This document shows, in pieces, positions 12,550 to 24,500 of a stretch of 64,000 bases of DNA. The notes beneath the pieces are model-generated. The model was not told the DNA's origin and searched no databases. It saw nothing but the letters and a program-made list of their open reading frames with translations. The stretch lies in the NCBI RefSeq assembly GCF_009914755.1, contig NC_060944.1. One strand, 5' to 3'. The DNA comes from the human T2T-CHM13v2.0 reference genome, Homo sapiens. The translations under genes and the position numbers were made by a program. The stretch's first letter is position 1, and every line of letters starts with the position of its first letter.

Positions 12550-13330
12550 TTTTTCTTCTACTTTTAGTTGATGTGTAATAATTGTTCATATTTAGAAGAT
12601 GCAGAGTGATATTTTGATACATGTATACAATGTGTAATGATCAAATCAGGGTAATTAGCATATCTATCACCTCAAACATTTGTCATTTTTTTATATTGGG
12701 AACATTCAGAATCGTCTCTTCTAGCTATTTGAAAATATACAGTAAATGATTGTTAACTACCGTCACCCTACAGTGCTATAGAACAGTGGACCCCTTTTGG
12801 CACCAGGGACCAGTTTTGTGGAAGACAGTTTTTTCGACGAGGTGAAGGTGGTGGTGGGGATGGTTTCAGGATGAAACTGTTCCACCTCAGGTCATCAGGC
12901 ATTAGAGTCTCACAAGGAACACACATCCTAGATCCCTCACATGCACAGTTCACAATAGGGTTCATGCTCCTATGAGACTCTAATGCCTTGGCTGATCTGA
13001 CAAGAGATGGAGCTCAGGTGGTGATGCTTGCACACCTGCTGTTCAACTTTTGCTGTGCAGCCTGGTTCCTAACAGGCCATGGACCAGTACCCATTGGCTG
13101 CCCAGGGGTTGGGGACCCCTGCTATAGGATGCTGGAACTTTTTCCTCCTATCTAGGTGTAATTTTCTATCTGTTAACCAACCTCTCTCTATCCTCCTTTC
13201 CCTTCCCAGCCTCTAGTAATCATTATTCTACAGTCTACTTCTATGAACTCAACTTTTTTAGCTCCTGCTTATGAATGAAAACATGTGGTATTTATCTTTT
13301 TGTGTCTATTTCACATAACGGAATGTAACA
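12550..13330 (-). mobile_element. L1MA-like 3' end fragment interrupted by MER1B
   Basis: Antisense L1 3'UTR (ttttgatacatgtatacaatgtgtaatgatcaaatcagggtaattagc). Confidence 0.75.
12784..13121. mobile_element. MER1B hAT-Charlie DNA transposon
   Basis: cag...ggggacccctg termini, internal ggtttcaggatgaaactgttccacctcag, 8-bp TSD ctatagaa/ctatagga (12776-12783, 13122-13129). Confidence 0.85.
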
Positions 13331-13814
13331 TGTCCCCCAGGCTCATCCATGAGTCTGAGGCTTATTTGTAGCCTGGCTGCTGGGCTTCCCTGTGGGATTG
13401 TCCTCTGAGCAAACAGAACACAGCCATCCTGCTGGCCAGCAGTTGATAGATGATCTCATGATAATAACAGGTTATAACTCACCTTTTCTTGGATTTCTTG
13501 CTTTCCTGATTTCTACATTTCTCCACTGATTTTTTTTAAGGAGGAATTGTCTCTCAACTAAACTATTATATTCAAATCTTTGCTGGAGCTCTGCTCTGCT
13601 GGGGGTCTGCTTTAAGACTCTAGAGTCTTATTCTCCTGTTTTGATCTGACTTATCTTATTGGTCCTTTTAAGTCGTTTCCTCTTATCTGATCTCTTATCT
13701 CTTAATATTGAAACTCACTAGAATTTAATTCTAGTCCTCTTTTTTTCTCATATTATTCCAACCCACCATGGTTTACCAATTTCTGTACTTTAAATGCTAT
13801 CCATAAGCAATCAC

Positions 13815-14170
<356 letters not shown>

Positions 14171-14437
14171 CTAGGTTTCGTATCAGTCTCAGTATGCTCT
14201 CTCTCTCTCCGTCCCTCTCTTTTTCTACATTTCTCCTTTTCTCCATACAACTTCTTTGATGGCACATAGCACAATTTTAATATACACTTTTTGTTCTCCT
14301 GTTTGTCTCTTACAATGGCTTTTTGTATTTGACATCATATTAGTCTAGATGTCAGTCAGTGTAAATTTTTGAATGAATGAAAAGTTGTTATGTTGATGCC
14401 AGAGTTAAAAATTTGACCTATATTTTATTCTCTACAG

Positions 14438-14850
14438 GTAGCTTTGAACCCCAAAAATGTTGGAAGAATAATGTAGGACATTGCAGAAGACGATGTTTAG
14501 ATACTGAAAGGTACATACTTCTTTGTAGGAACAAGCTATCATGCTGCATTTCTATAATATCACATGAATATACTCGACGACCAGCATTTCCTGTGATTCA
14601 CCTAGAGGATATAACATTGGATTATAGTGATGTGGACTCTTTTACTGGTTCCCCAGTATCTATGTTGAATGATCTGATAACATTTGACACAACTAAATTT
14701 GGAGAAACCATGACACCTGAGACCAATACTCCTGAGACTACTATGCCACCATCCGAGGCCACTACTCCCGAGACTACTATGCCACCATCTGAGACTGCTA
14801 CTTCCGAGACTATGCCACCACCTTCTCAGACAGCTCTTACTCATAATTAA
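14438..14850 (+). CDS. DEFB125: Beta-defensin 125 exon 2 (6-Cys domain plus acidic Thr/Pro-rich tail)
   Basis: Acceptor ttttattctctacag|GT; [30 protein letters not shown] motif; 58+413 nt = 156 aa + TAA. Confidence 0.98.
14728..14835 (+). repeat. Coding 36-nt tandem repeat x3 in DEFB125 tail
   Basis: [12 protein letters not shown] / [12 protein letters not shown] / [12 protein letters not shown]. Confidence 0.85.
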
Positions 14851-15497
14851 TTAACATTTACTTCTGGTATGGAACAACTAGAAATACTGCTGGAAATAAT
14901 ATCCAAAGAGCTGATTCTACCAATCCAATTTCACCAGGAAAATTCCATCAGGGATTGGATGACCATGGGGATGGACATAATTGCTACTACCAACACAACA
15001 GCCAAGAGAGTTGCCTTACAATTAGAAATGTGTAGACAGAAATGTATAGAAGATACAAGGATTCTCTTAATTGGACTTAAATTCTTTATCTGTCTTCCTC
15101 CGATGTACTCAAATATATGAGCTAATTTTTGTCTTAAGTGAACATTTGTATATCTATGTATTTTTCCATGCCAAAAACAAAAACGAAGACCATTGTTTGG
15201 AGCTGCCTCTTATGACTAAGACAAGAATTTTTACTTTAACAGTGCCTGGCCCACTACTATCGTATATAGGAGAACATATAAAAGCATATAGAAAGTTCCA
15301 GATGAATGTTCCCTTCTCTACCCTCCACCTTTTATTGTAAGTTCTGACCCTAAATACTTTTCTGTGTCATGACGTCAAATTTTGTTTAAGGTTCTAGCTG
15401 GTAACTAACAGAGTCAGAAGCTAATTCTTTCATTCAACACAAGCACTGATCTAACTGGATAGAGATAAAAGTGGGACTTGCCTTGAGAGTACATCAT

Positions 15498-15508
15498 ATT
15501 AAATTAAA
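15498..15508 (+). terminator. Candidate DEFB125 poly(A) signal (overlapping ATTAAA x2)
   Basis: attaaattaaa followed by CA at ~15519 and T/GT-rich sequence; I saw no AATAAA earlier in the 3'UTR. Confidence 0.45.
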
Positions 15509-15752
15509 AGCTGCATCTCAAATTCTACTTATCTTTCCAATCTTCTTTCCACTTAGAATTCCAACTTCCAAGTATGGCAGCCTCATAACATGCCTCTTCA
15601 GGTCTCTGTGTTGTCCATGAATGTTAGTTGTGTGCAGTGTTTCTATGCTTTGTATGGCTGTACGCATGTGACTGCTGTTTGTATGGCAACAGGTGGGTCA
15701 GTAAGTGTCTTCTATGATACTACAGAGAAGCGGTTATTAACTATAAAGTTGA

Positions 15753-16052
<300 letters not shown>

Positions 16053-16057
16053 TGATT

Positions 16058-17952
16058 ATTATTTTTTTTAAGTTCCAGGATAGAAGTGTAGAACATGTAG
16101 GTTTGTTACATAGGTATACATGTGCCATGATGGTTTGCTGCACCTATCAACGCATCATCTAGGTTTTAAGTCCCGCATGCATTAGCTATTTGTCTTAATG
16201 CTCTGCCTCCCCTTCCCCACACACCCTGACTGGCCCCCATGTGTCACGTTCCCCTCCCTGTGTCCATGTGTTCTTATTGTTCAATTCCCACTTATGAGTG
16301 AGAACACGTGGTGTTTGGTTTTCTGTTCCTGTGTTAGTTTACTGAAGATGATGGCTTCGAGCTTCATCCATGTCCCTGCAAAGAGCATGATCTCATTCCT
16401 TTTTATGGCTGCATAGTATTCCATGGTGTATATGTACCACATTTTCTTTATGCAGTCTATCATTGATGGGCATTTGGGTTGGTTCCATGTCTTTGCTATT
16501 GTAAATAGTGCTGCAGTAAACATACGTGTGCATGTGTCTTTATAATAGAATGATTTATATTCCTTTGGATATATACCCAGTAATGGGATTGCTGGGTCAA
16601 ATGGTATTTCTGGTTCTACATCCTTGAGGAATCGCCACACTGTCTTCCACAATGGTTGAACTAATTTACATTCCCACCAACAGTGTAAAAGTATTCTTAT
16701 TTCTCCACAGCCTTGCCAGCATCTATTGTTTCTTGACTTTTTAATAATTGCCATTCTGACTGGCATGAGATAGTATCTCATTGTGGTTTTGATTTGCATT
16801 TCTCTAATGATCAGTGATGTTGAGCTTCCTTTCATACGTTTGTTGGCTGCATAAATGTCTTCTTTTGAGAAGTGTCTGTTCATATCCTTTGCCCACTTTT
16901 TGATGTTTTTTTTTTCTTGTAAATTTAAGTTCTTGTAGATTCTGGATATTAGACCTTTGTTAGCTGGGTAGATTGCAAAGCGTTCCTCCCATTCTGTAGG
17001 CTGCATGTTCACCCTGATGATAGTTTCTTTTGCTGTGCAGAAGCTCTTTCATTTAATTAGATCCCATTTGACAATTTTGGCTTTTGTTGCAATTGCTTTT
17101 GGTATTTTCTTCATGAAGTCTTTGCCCATGCCTATGTCCTAAATGGTATTGCCTAGGTTTTCTTCTAGGGTTTTTATGGTTTTGGGTATTACATTTAAGT
17201 CTTTAATCCATCTTGAGTTAATTTTTGTATAAGGTGTAAAGAAGGGGTCCCGATTCAGTTTTCTCCATATGGCTAGCCAGTTTTCTCAGCACCATTTATT
17301 AAATATGGATCAAATTCACACATAACACTATTAACCTTAAATGTAAATGGGCTAAATGCCCCAATTAAAAGACACAGACTGGCAAATTGGATAGAGTCAA
17401 GACCCATTGGTGTGCTGTATTCAGGAGACCCATCACACATGCAAAGACACACATAGGCTCAAAATAAAGGGATGGAGGAAAATTTACCAAGCAGATAGAA
17501 AGAACAAAATAGCAGGGGTTGCAATCCCAGTCTCTGACAAAACAGACTTTAAACCAACAAAGATCAAAAAAGACAAGAGCATTACATAACGGTAAAGTGA
17601 TCAATTCAACAACTAGAGCTAACTATCCTAATATATATGCACCCAATACAGGAGCACTCAGATTCATAAAACAAGTTCTTAGAGGCCTACAAAGAGACTT
17701 AGACTCCCACACAATAATAGTTGGAGACTTTAACACTCAGTGTCAATATTAGACAGATCAATGAGACAGAAAATTAACAAGGATATTGAGGACTTGAACT
17801 CAGCTCTGGATCAAGTGGACCTAATAGACATCTACAGAACTCTCCACCCCAAATCAACAGAATATACATTCGTCTCAGTGCCACATGACACTTATTCTAA
17901 AATCGACCACATAATTGGAAGTAAAACACTCCTCAGGAAATGCAAAAGAACT
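16058..17952 (-). mobile_element. L1PA element with 5' inversion
   Basis: Antisense 3' part 16058-17304 (ORF2 C-terminus, ORF 16281-17012) joined to a sense EN-domain piece 17305-17952; tgatta-like flanking repeat. Confidence 0.9.
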
Positions 17953-18171
17953 GATTAGTTATTAATAAATTGGGCTGAGGCTTGGGCGCTACTGAAAGCC
18001 ACAATATCAGATGCCAGAATGTCTCAAAATCAAAAAGGTTTTTTCCTCTAATTATTTTTTATGTGATCCAAGCCAAGCTGCCAGTGACTATGGCTGTAGT
18101 TTGGATGTTGACCATCAGACCACTGACCTTTCAGTAGACCTCATATTCTAATAGGTCTTAGACCACCAGTT

Positions 18172-18282
18172 AGGGTGTCCATCATTCAGATTTGATTGGG
18201 ACTGAGGGGCTTCCCAGAACATGGGAATTAGAGAGCTAAAATCAAGAAAATCCAGAGTAAATTGGGACAAGTTGATCACCCT
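18172..18282. mobile_element. MER94-like hAT-Blackjack MITE
   Basis: agggtgtcca...tgatcaccct inverted termini; internal gggactgaggggcttcccag. Confidence 0.65.
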
Positions 18283-19686
18283 CACTTCAGTGTACTTCTG
18301 TCTAGCAAGCTATTTTTCCATTTTTCATGGCTATACCTCATCACATAGGTCATACATTGGCTTTTCACAGAATCAGTCTAGGGTGCTCTTTTTCCATATT
18401 TTTGCCTCAACTGTCATTTCCTGAAACACACTCCTTGAGCATGCAGAGCACCTTCCATTCTACTTTGTATTATTTTCTTCCCATCATTTGAACTCTGAAA
18501 TCATTTTGAGTATTTACTCTCTCTCTGATTTTTTTTACTAACTTATGGCCTAACACCCCTGCTATAATGTACATATAGTCCTCATCTCTTGGTCTTGTTG
18601 ACCTATGTGATCCAAACTGCAAGAACAGTGCGTCACACATGAGAAATGCTCAATAAAAATTTGAGAACAAATTATTCAGGCAGTTATCTTAATATATATG
18701 AGAAGGTTATATAATATAAAACAGTAGTCTTCAAACTGCAATACTGGTTACAAAAAGATTTTTCAAGCTATACATATTGATAGTTTAAAGGAATAAAATT
18801 TCAGACCCTCAAGTTCCAAATTTCTTATGATGTTTTGGAGCATTCTTAACAGGCTCTTCTTTTATAACTCCAATTTCTCAATTTTCCTTCTCCCACTCTG
18901 AAAAGAAAACTTACCTCTCACCCACCCTTTATCTGACAATCATGGATTGCCCTGAGTGAACAAACCTCCAGTGGACAATTGAAATACTAGTGCTGGTATT
19001 CAGAAAGTGAATAATCATAGACTTTGAATAAAAATCCTTTGGAAATAAAAGTGTTTTTAATTTTTTTGTTTACAAAAGCAATGATGGGGTGTCAATCAAG
19101 TTGATGGTTAATATTAAATAGATCTTTGAAGATAAACTTTAATAATAGCCTACTATGAAATTTTTTAGCATATCACTTGGAAGAGGTTAAAAGAACTGTG
19201 TAAACATTAGAGTCTTATGTTCAAAGAGATTTCACAATAAGCTACAATGTATGTCTATGTTTTGTCACAGAGAAATGTGATAGAATGATTAATAAAAGAC
19301 TTGCAAACACAAAAATATAGTACATTAGGATCAAATTTTGCAGAGAAGTTTGAATAAAAACTAAAGTTTTAAAAAGAAAAAAGATACAATGTTCCCAATT
19401 GCTAAAAAAGAGCTTCTTTGCATATTTATTAAATGAATTATTGTGATTAGCAAATTGTCATGCATTCATATTCCATTGGATGTATTTAGTATTTAGTTGT
19501 TACATGTCAATATTTGTAATATGCTATTAGTTATCTTTTTATGATTAAAATTTAAGATGAAATAGTTTATTTCCCAATTTTAAATTGTATTGGGAAAATA
19601 CACACTTTATTTTTATACCTAGCATAGACTTTTTGTTCCTTCTAATTGGAAAAAGGCTTTGCAATTTGCAATTGGTATATGTGTGA

Positions 19687-20017
<331 letters not shown>

Positions 20018-20389
20018 CAGGAATGCTCTTAACCACTTCATCAAGCATCAAGGTTGGCACTGTCTAGATGTTGGTTTTGATTGCCAACCTACAAAAGAAA
20101 AGGGAAATTATAAAAGAGAAAATTAACAAGTGAGTACAGTTTCAAAATCTGTCCTGCAAATGTGTTTTAAACCAAAGAAATCATCTTTGGCATGGGCTAT
20201 TTGCTTTATAGTCATTCAGAATTGCTTGGTCTCTGTCTCCTGAAGACTGTGGCTAGGATTATTCCTGATGAATGAGAAAGTTACCATAAATCAAAAATAA
20301 AATGAATAGAAAACTTAACAGTTGACTCTCAGAAGAAGGTATCTTCCCTCACTTTGCACTGGTTATATATATATATATACACACACATA

Positions 20390-20680
20390 CATATAATTGT
20401 ATAATATGTATTATTTTATAAATTGATTTAGAAGGTACAAGTGTTGTTTTCTTATATGCATATATTACATAGTGGTGAAGTCTGGGCTTTTAGCTTAGCC
20501 ATCACCCAAATAGTGTACATTGTACCCATTAAGTAATTTCTCATTTCTTAGCCCCCTTCTACCCTTCCAAGTTTCCAGTGTCTATTACCCACTCCTTATG
20601 TCCATGTGTATACTTAGTTTCCACTTGTGAGAACATGTAGTATTTGACTTTCTGTTTCTGAGTTATTTCACTTCAGATAA
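20390..20680 (-). mobile_element. L1PB/L1MA 3' end fragment
   Basis: agtggtgaagtctgggctttt...ccatcacccaaatagtgtacattgtaccc. Confidence 0.7.
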
Positions 20681-21024
20681 TGAAAACATTCACTTCAGAT
20701 AATGAAAACACACTTTTCAAAATTCAAAGAGGTTTGAAAAGCTCATGGCCTAATACCCCCACTATAAATTTTATTTTTAAACTGTTCATACTCCTAGAAT
20801 GAACAGAGGCTTCAAACACTATCTGGTATAAACTGATGATGATTCTTCTACTACTGTGATCATTCTGTTTTTCTATGATTCCTGGATTTTCCTTTTCCAT
20901 GAATGTGGGCTTTGCAGCATAACTTCTAGTTTGTTTATATCATTGCCCTTTAGGATCTCCTGTAGGCTCAGTAATCTATCACTTCCCTTTATGGGACTGA
21001 CCTCCAAATTACTGACTTTATATG

Positions 21025-21025
21025 T

Positions 21026-21098
<73 letters not shown>
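21025..21098. repeat. Compound (TC)n(TG)n microsatellite
   Basis: About 8 TC followed by about 28 TG units. Confidence 0.95.
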
Positions 21099-21100
<2 letters not shown>

Positions 21101-21589
21101 AGTATTTGCATTTTGCCACATTCTTATATAGTTTCCAGCTCAAGTCTGAAATTCTCTACCTCTTTATCTATGCTGTCCATATTAGGTATATGATTTGATA
21201 AGTTAGACATGTGACATATATTTCCCCCATTCTCTGGGTTGTTTTTTCATTATATCAATGGTGTCTTTTGAAGTAGAGCAGTTTTTAATTTTGATGAAGT
21301 TCTCTTTTTTAAAAACACTTTTCTTTTTGGTGTCATATCTAAGAAATCATTCCCTAATTTAAGGTCATAAAGGCTTATTCTTGTGTTTTCTTCTAAGGGT
21401 TTTAGCTTTCACATTTAGCTGTACGATCCTTTTTAATTTAATTTTTTTGTATGATGTAAGGTAGGGGTCCAAATTCATTCTTTTGCATGTGGCTCTCCAG
21501 TTTCTCCAACACTATTTGATAAAAAGACTATTTACCCACTGAATTGTCTGGACACCCTTATAGAAAATCAATTAATAATAAATGTGATA

Positions 21590-24500
21590 ATTTGGGCAGA
21601 TCTTTGGAGAGAAAGCACCAAGAGTGGATGGAGAGGCAACACTGACACCAAAGCTGAAGAGAGAGGAAGCTGGAATCTCTGCATGAGGTGCCTGAACATT
21701 AGGGCTAGTTCCTGACCCTGAGTGGCTCCTGGGGAAGGGGTAAGTAAGGGGACTAAGGAACATCCCGCTTTTGCCATGGACCTCTGGGATCATAGCTACA
21801 GGGTACCCCATGTCCCTCATGGATTTGTAGGCTAGCAGGGAGCAGGCAGAGACAGGGCTTCAGCCAGTGTGAAGCCCAGGAGCTTTTGTGCATGGGGCAG
21901 CTCTGGCAGCGCATGACCGCAGGTGCCCATCCCCAAGGGCTCCCCATCTTCTTCTGAGAGGCTGTAGCCCCAGCTGACTGCTGGACCTGGAGAGAGTGGC
22001 GCCAGCTTTGCCATGGGACTGGGGTGCATCTGTTCTGCAGGCTCTCCTGCCTGCCAGCCCCTCCCATGGCCCCTGCCTAGCCACCCTGCAGGAGCATGAG
22101 CACAGCACAGCCTCCACCACTAAGCCGGAGTGCTTTGCTCCACCTGAGTACATTCCCAGTAACCTGGGAGCACTTCAGATCCCTCAGTGCAGCTGGAGCT
22201 TGACCCCAAGCCACAGATCATCCCCGTGCCCCAGGGCTGCAGCACACAGCTTGGGAGCATGCAGCTGAGATCTGTGGCTGACAGGCAAGTAGAGGAGAGG
22301 CCCCCAATATCAGAACATAAAGGGGGCAAGATGTGTGGGTTCATGGGCCAGCTTGGGAGCAAGGTGTGCCTCCCTCTGCAGGGTTGGTCTGGAAAGGGTG
22401 TGGCCCATCTCCCTGCCATGGCCTCTGCCCAAGGAAGCCCCACAGCCTGGAACACCTAACGAAACACAGAAATGATGCCAGTGATCAGGGTGGGGTCCCT
22501 AAAGGCCCAAGAGCAGATCTGGTGAGGAGTTTTCTCTCCCACTCCACTCACCATAGAACATGCCTGCAAATGGAAGGACATGCAAAAGAGCTGAGTAACA
22601 GCCTATGTACCAGTCACTACTTAAGCATCAATGACTAGATCTCAGCCCCAACTACAGCACCAAAAATGATTCTGCTAATATACACCCCTGTGAAACCAAG
22701 TGCAAGACTTTGCCCATACATAAAGATCCTGTACAGAGCCACGGACCTCTGAAAACATCCAGAAATGAACTCAACTGACTATATTCAACTTACACCACAT
22801 TTAAAAGAAAACCAGCCCCCCTCCCACCAGAAGAGAAAGAATCAATGCAAGAACCCCAGCAGTTCAAAAAGCCAGGGTGTCCCCTTACCTCAAAATCAGC
22901 CCACTATCTCCCCAGCAGTGGTCCTTAACCAGACTGAAATGACAGACATAGAATTCAGAATCCAAATGGCAAGAAGCTCATTGAGATTTAGGAGAAAGTT
23001 AAAATCCAATCCAAGGAATCCAGTAAAATGATTCAAGAGCTGAAAGATGAAATAGCCATTTTAAGAAGGAACCAAACTAAACTTCTAGAACTGAAAAATT
23101 TGCTACAATAATTTCATAATATGACAGTATAACAGTATTAACAGAATAGACCAAGCTGAGGAAAGAATCTCAGAGCTCAAAGGCTGGTCCTTCAAATGAA
23201 CAAAGTCAGAAAGAAAAAATCTTTAAAACTGAACAAAACCACCAAGAAATATGAGATTATGTACAGAAACAAAACTTCTGACACACTAGCATTCCCGAGA
23301 GGAGGGAAAGAGAGTGAACAGCTTGGAAAATATATTTGAGGATATACTCCATGAAAATTTCCCTAATCTCACTAGAGAGGTTGACATGCAAATTCAAGAA
23401 ATACAGAGAACCCCAGCTAGATAAAATACAACATGACCATCCCAAGAAACATAGTCATCAGATTTGCCAAGGTCAGCATGAAGGAAAAAAAATCTTAAAG
23501 CCAGCTAGAAAGAAGGGTCATGTCATATGTAAAGAGAACCCCATCAGGCTAACACCAGACCTCTCAGCAGAAACCTGACAAACCAGAAGAGATTAGGGGC
23601 CTTTTTCAGAATCCTTAAAGAAAAGAAATTCTAACCAAGAATTTCAAATCCCATCAAACTAAGCTTAATAAACAAAGAGGAAATAAAATATTTCTCAGAC
23701 AAGCAAATGCTGAGGAAATTCATCACAACCAGATATGCCTCCTTACAAGAGATTCTTAAGGGAGCTCTAAACCTACAATCAAAAGAACAACACCTGCTAC
23801 AAAAAAAAAAAAAAAAACATACTTATGCACATAAAGACACTATAAAGCAACTACACTATCAAGTCTACATAATAACCAGCTAACAACACAATGACAGGAT
23901 AAAAATCTCGCATATCAATACTAACCATGAATGTAAATGGACTAAACAACCCACTTAAAGACACAGTGTAGCAAGATTGATAAAAAGACAAGACCCAACT
24001 ATCTGCTGTCTTTAAGAGACCTACCTCACATGTAACTACACCCACAGGCTCAGAGTAAAGGGATAAAGAAAGATCTGTCACACAAATGGAAAACAAAAAA
24101 GAGCATGAGTTGTTATTCTTATATCAGATAAAACAGACTTTAAATCAACAACTATGAAGAGGGACAAAGAAGGGCATTACATAATAATAAAGGATACAAT
24201 TCAGTGAGAAGACTTAACTGTTGGGCCTGGAGAGAGTGGGACCACCTTTGCCATGGGACTGGGGTGCATCTGTTCTGCAGGCCCTCCTACCTGTAGCCCC
24301 TCCGAAGGCCCCTGCCTAGCCACCCTGCAGAAGCATGTGCACAGTGCAGCCTCCACTGCCAAGCCTGAGTGCTTTGCTCCACCTGAATATGTTTATATTC
24401 TAAACATATATGTTCCCAACATTGAGGCACCCAGATTCATAAAACAAGTTCTTCTTAACCTATAAAAAGATGTAGATAGCCATGCAATAATAGTGGGAGA

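Noticed and set aside
14377-14437. N-terminus of the 157-aa ORF in the track
   Set aside because: Intronic sequence upstream of the acceptor; the true N-terminus comes from exon 1 at 6142
15602-15716. Cys-rich frame after cag|GT containing CC
   Set aside because: Spacing does not fit beta-defensins, no GxC, and TG-rich composition explains the Cys codons
21568-22638. Many overlapping ORFs on both strands (also 33596-35194)
   Set aside because: GC-rich L1 5'UTRs with few stops; no recognisable protein
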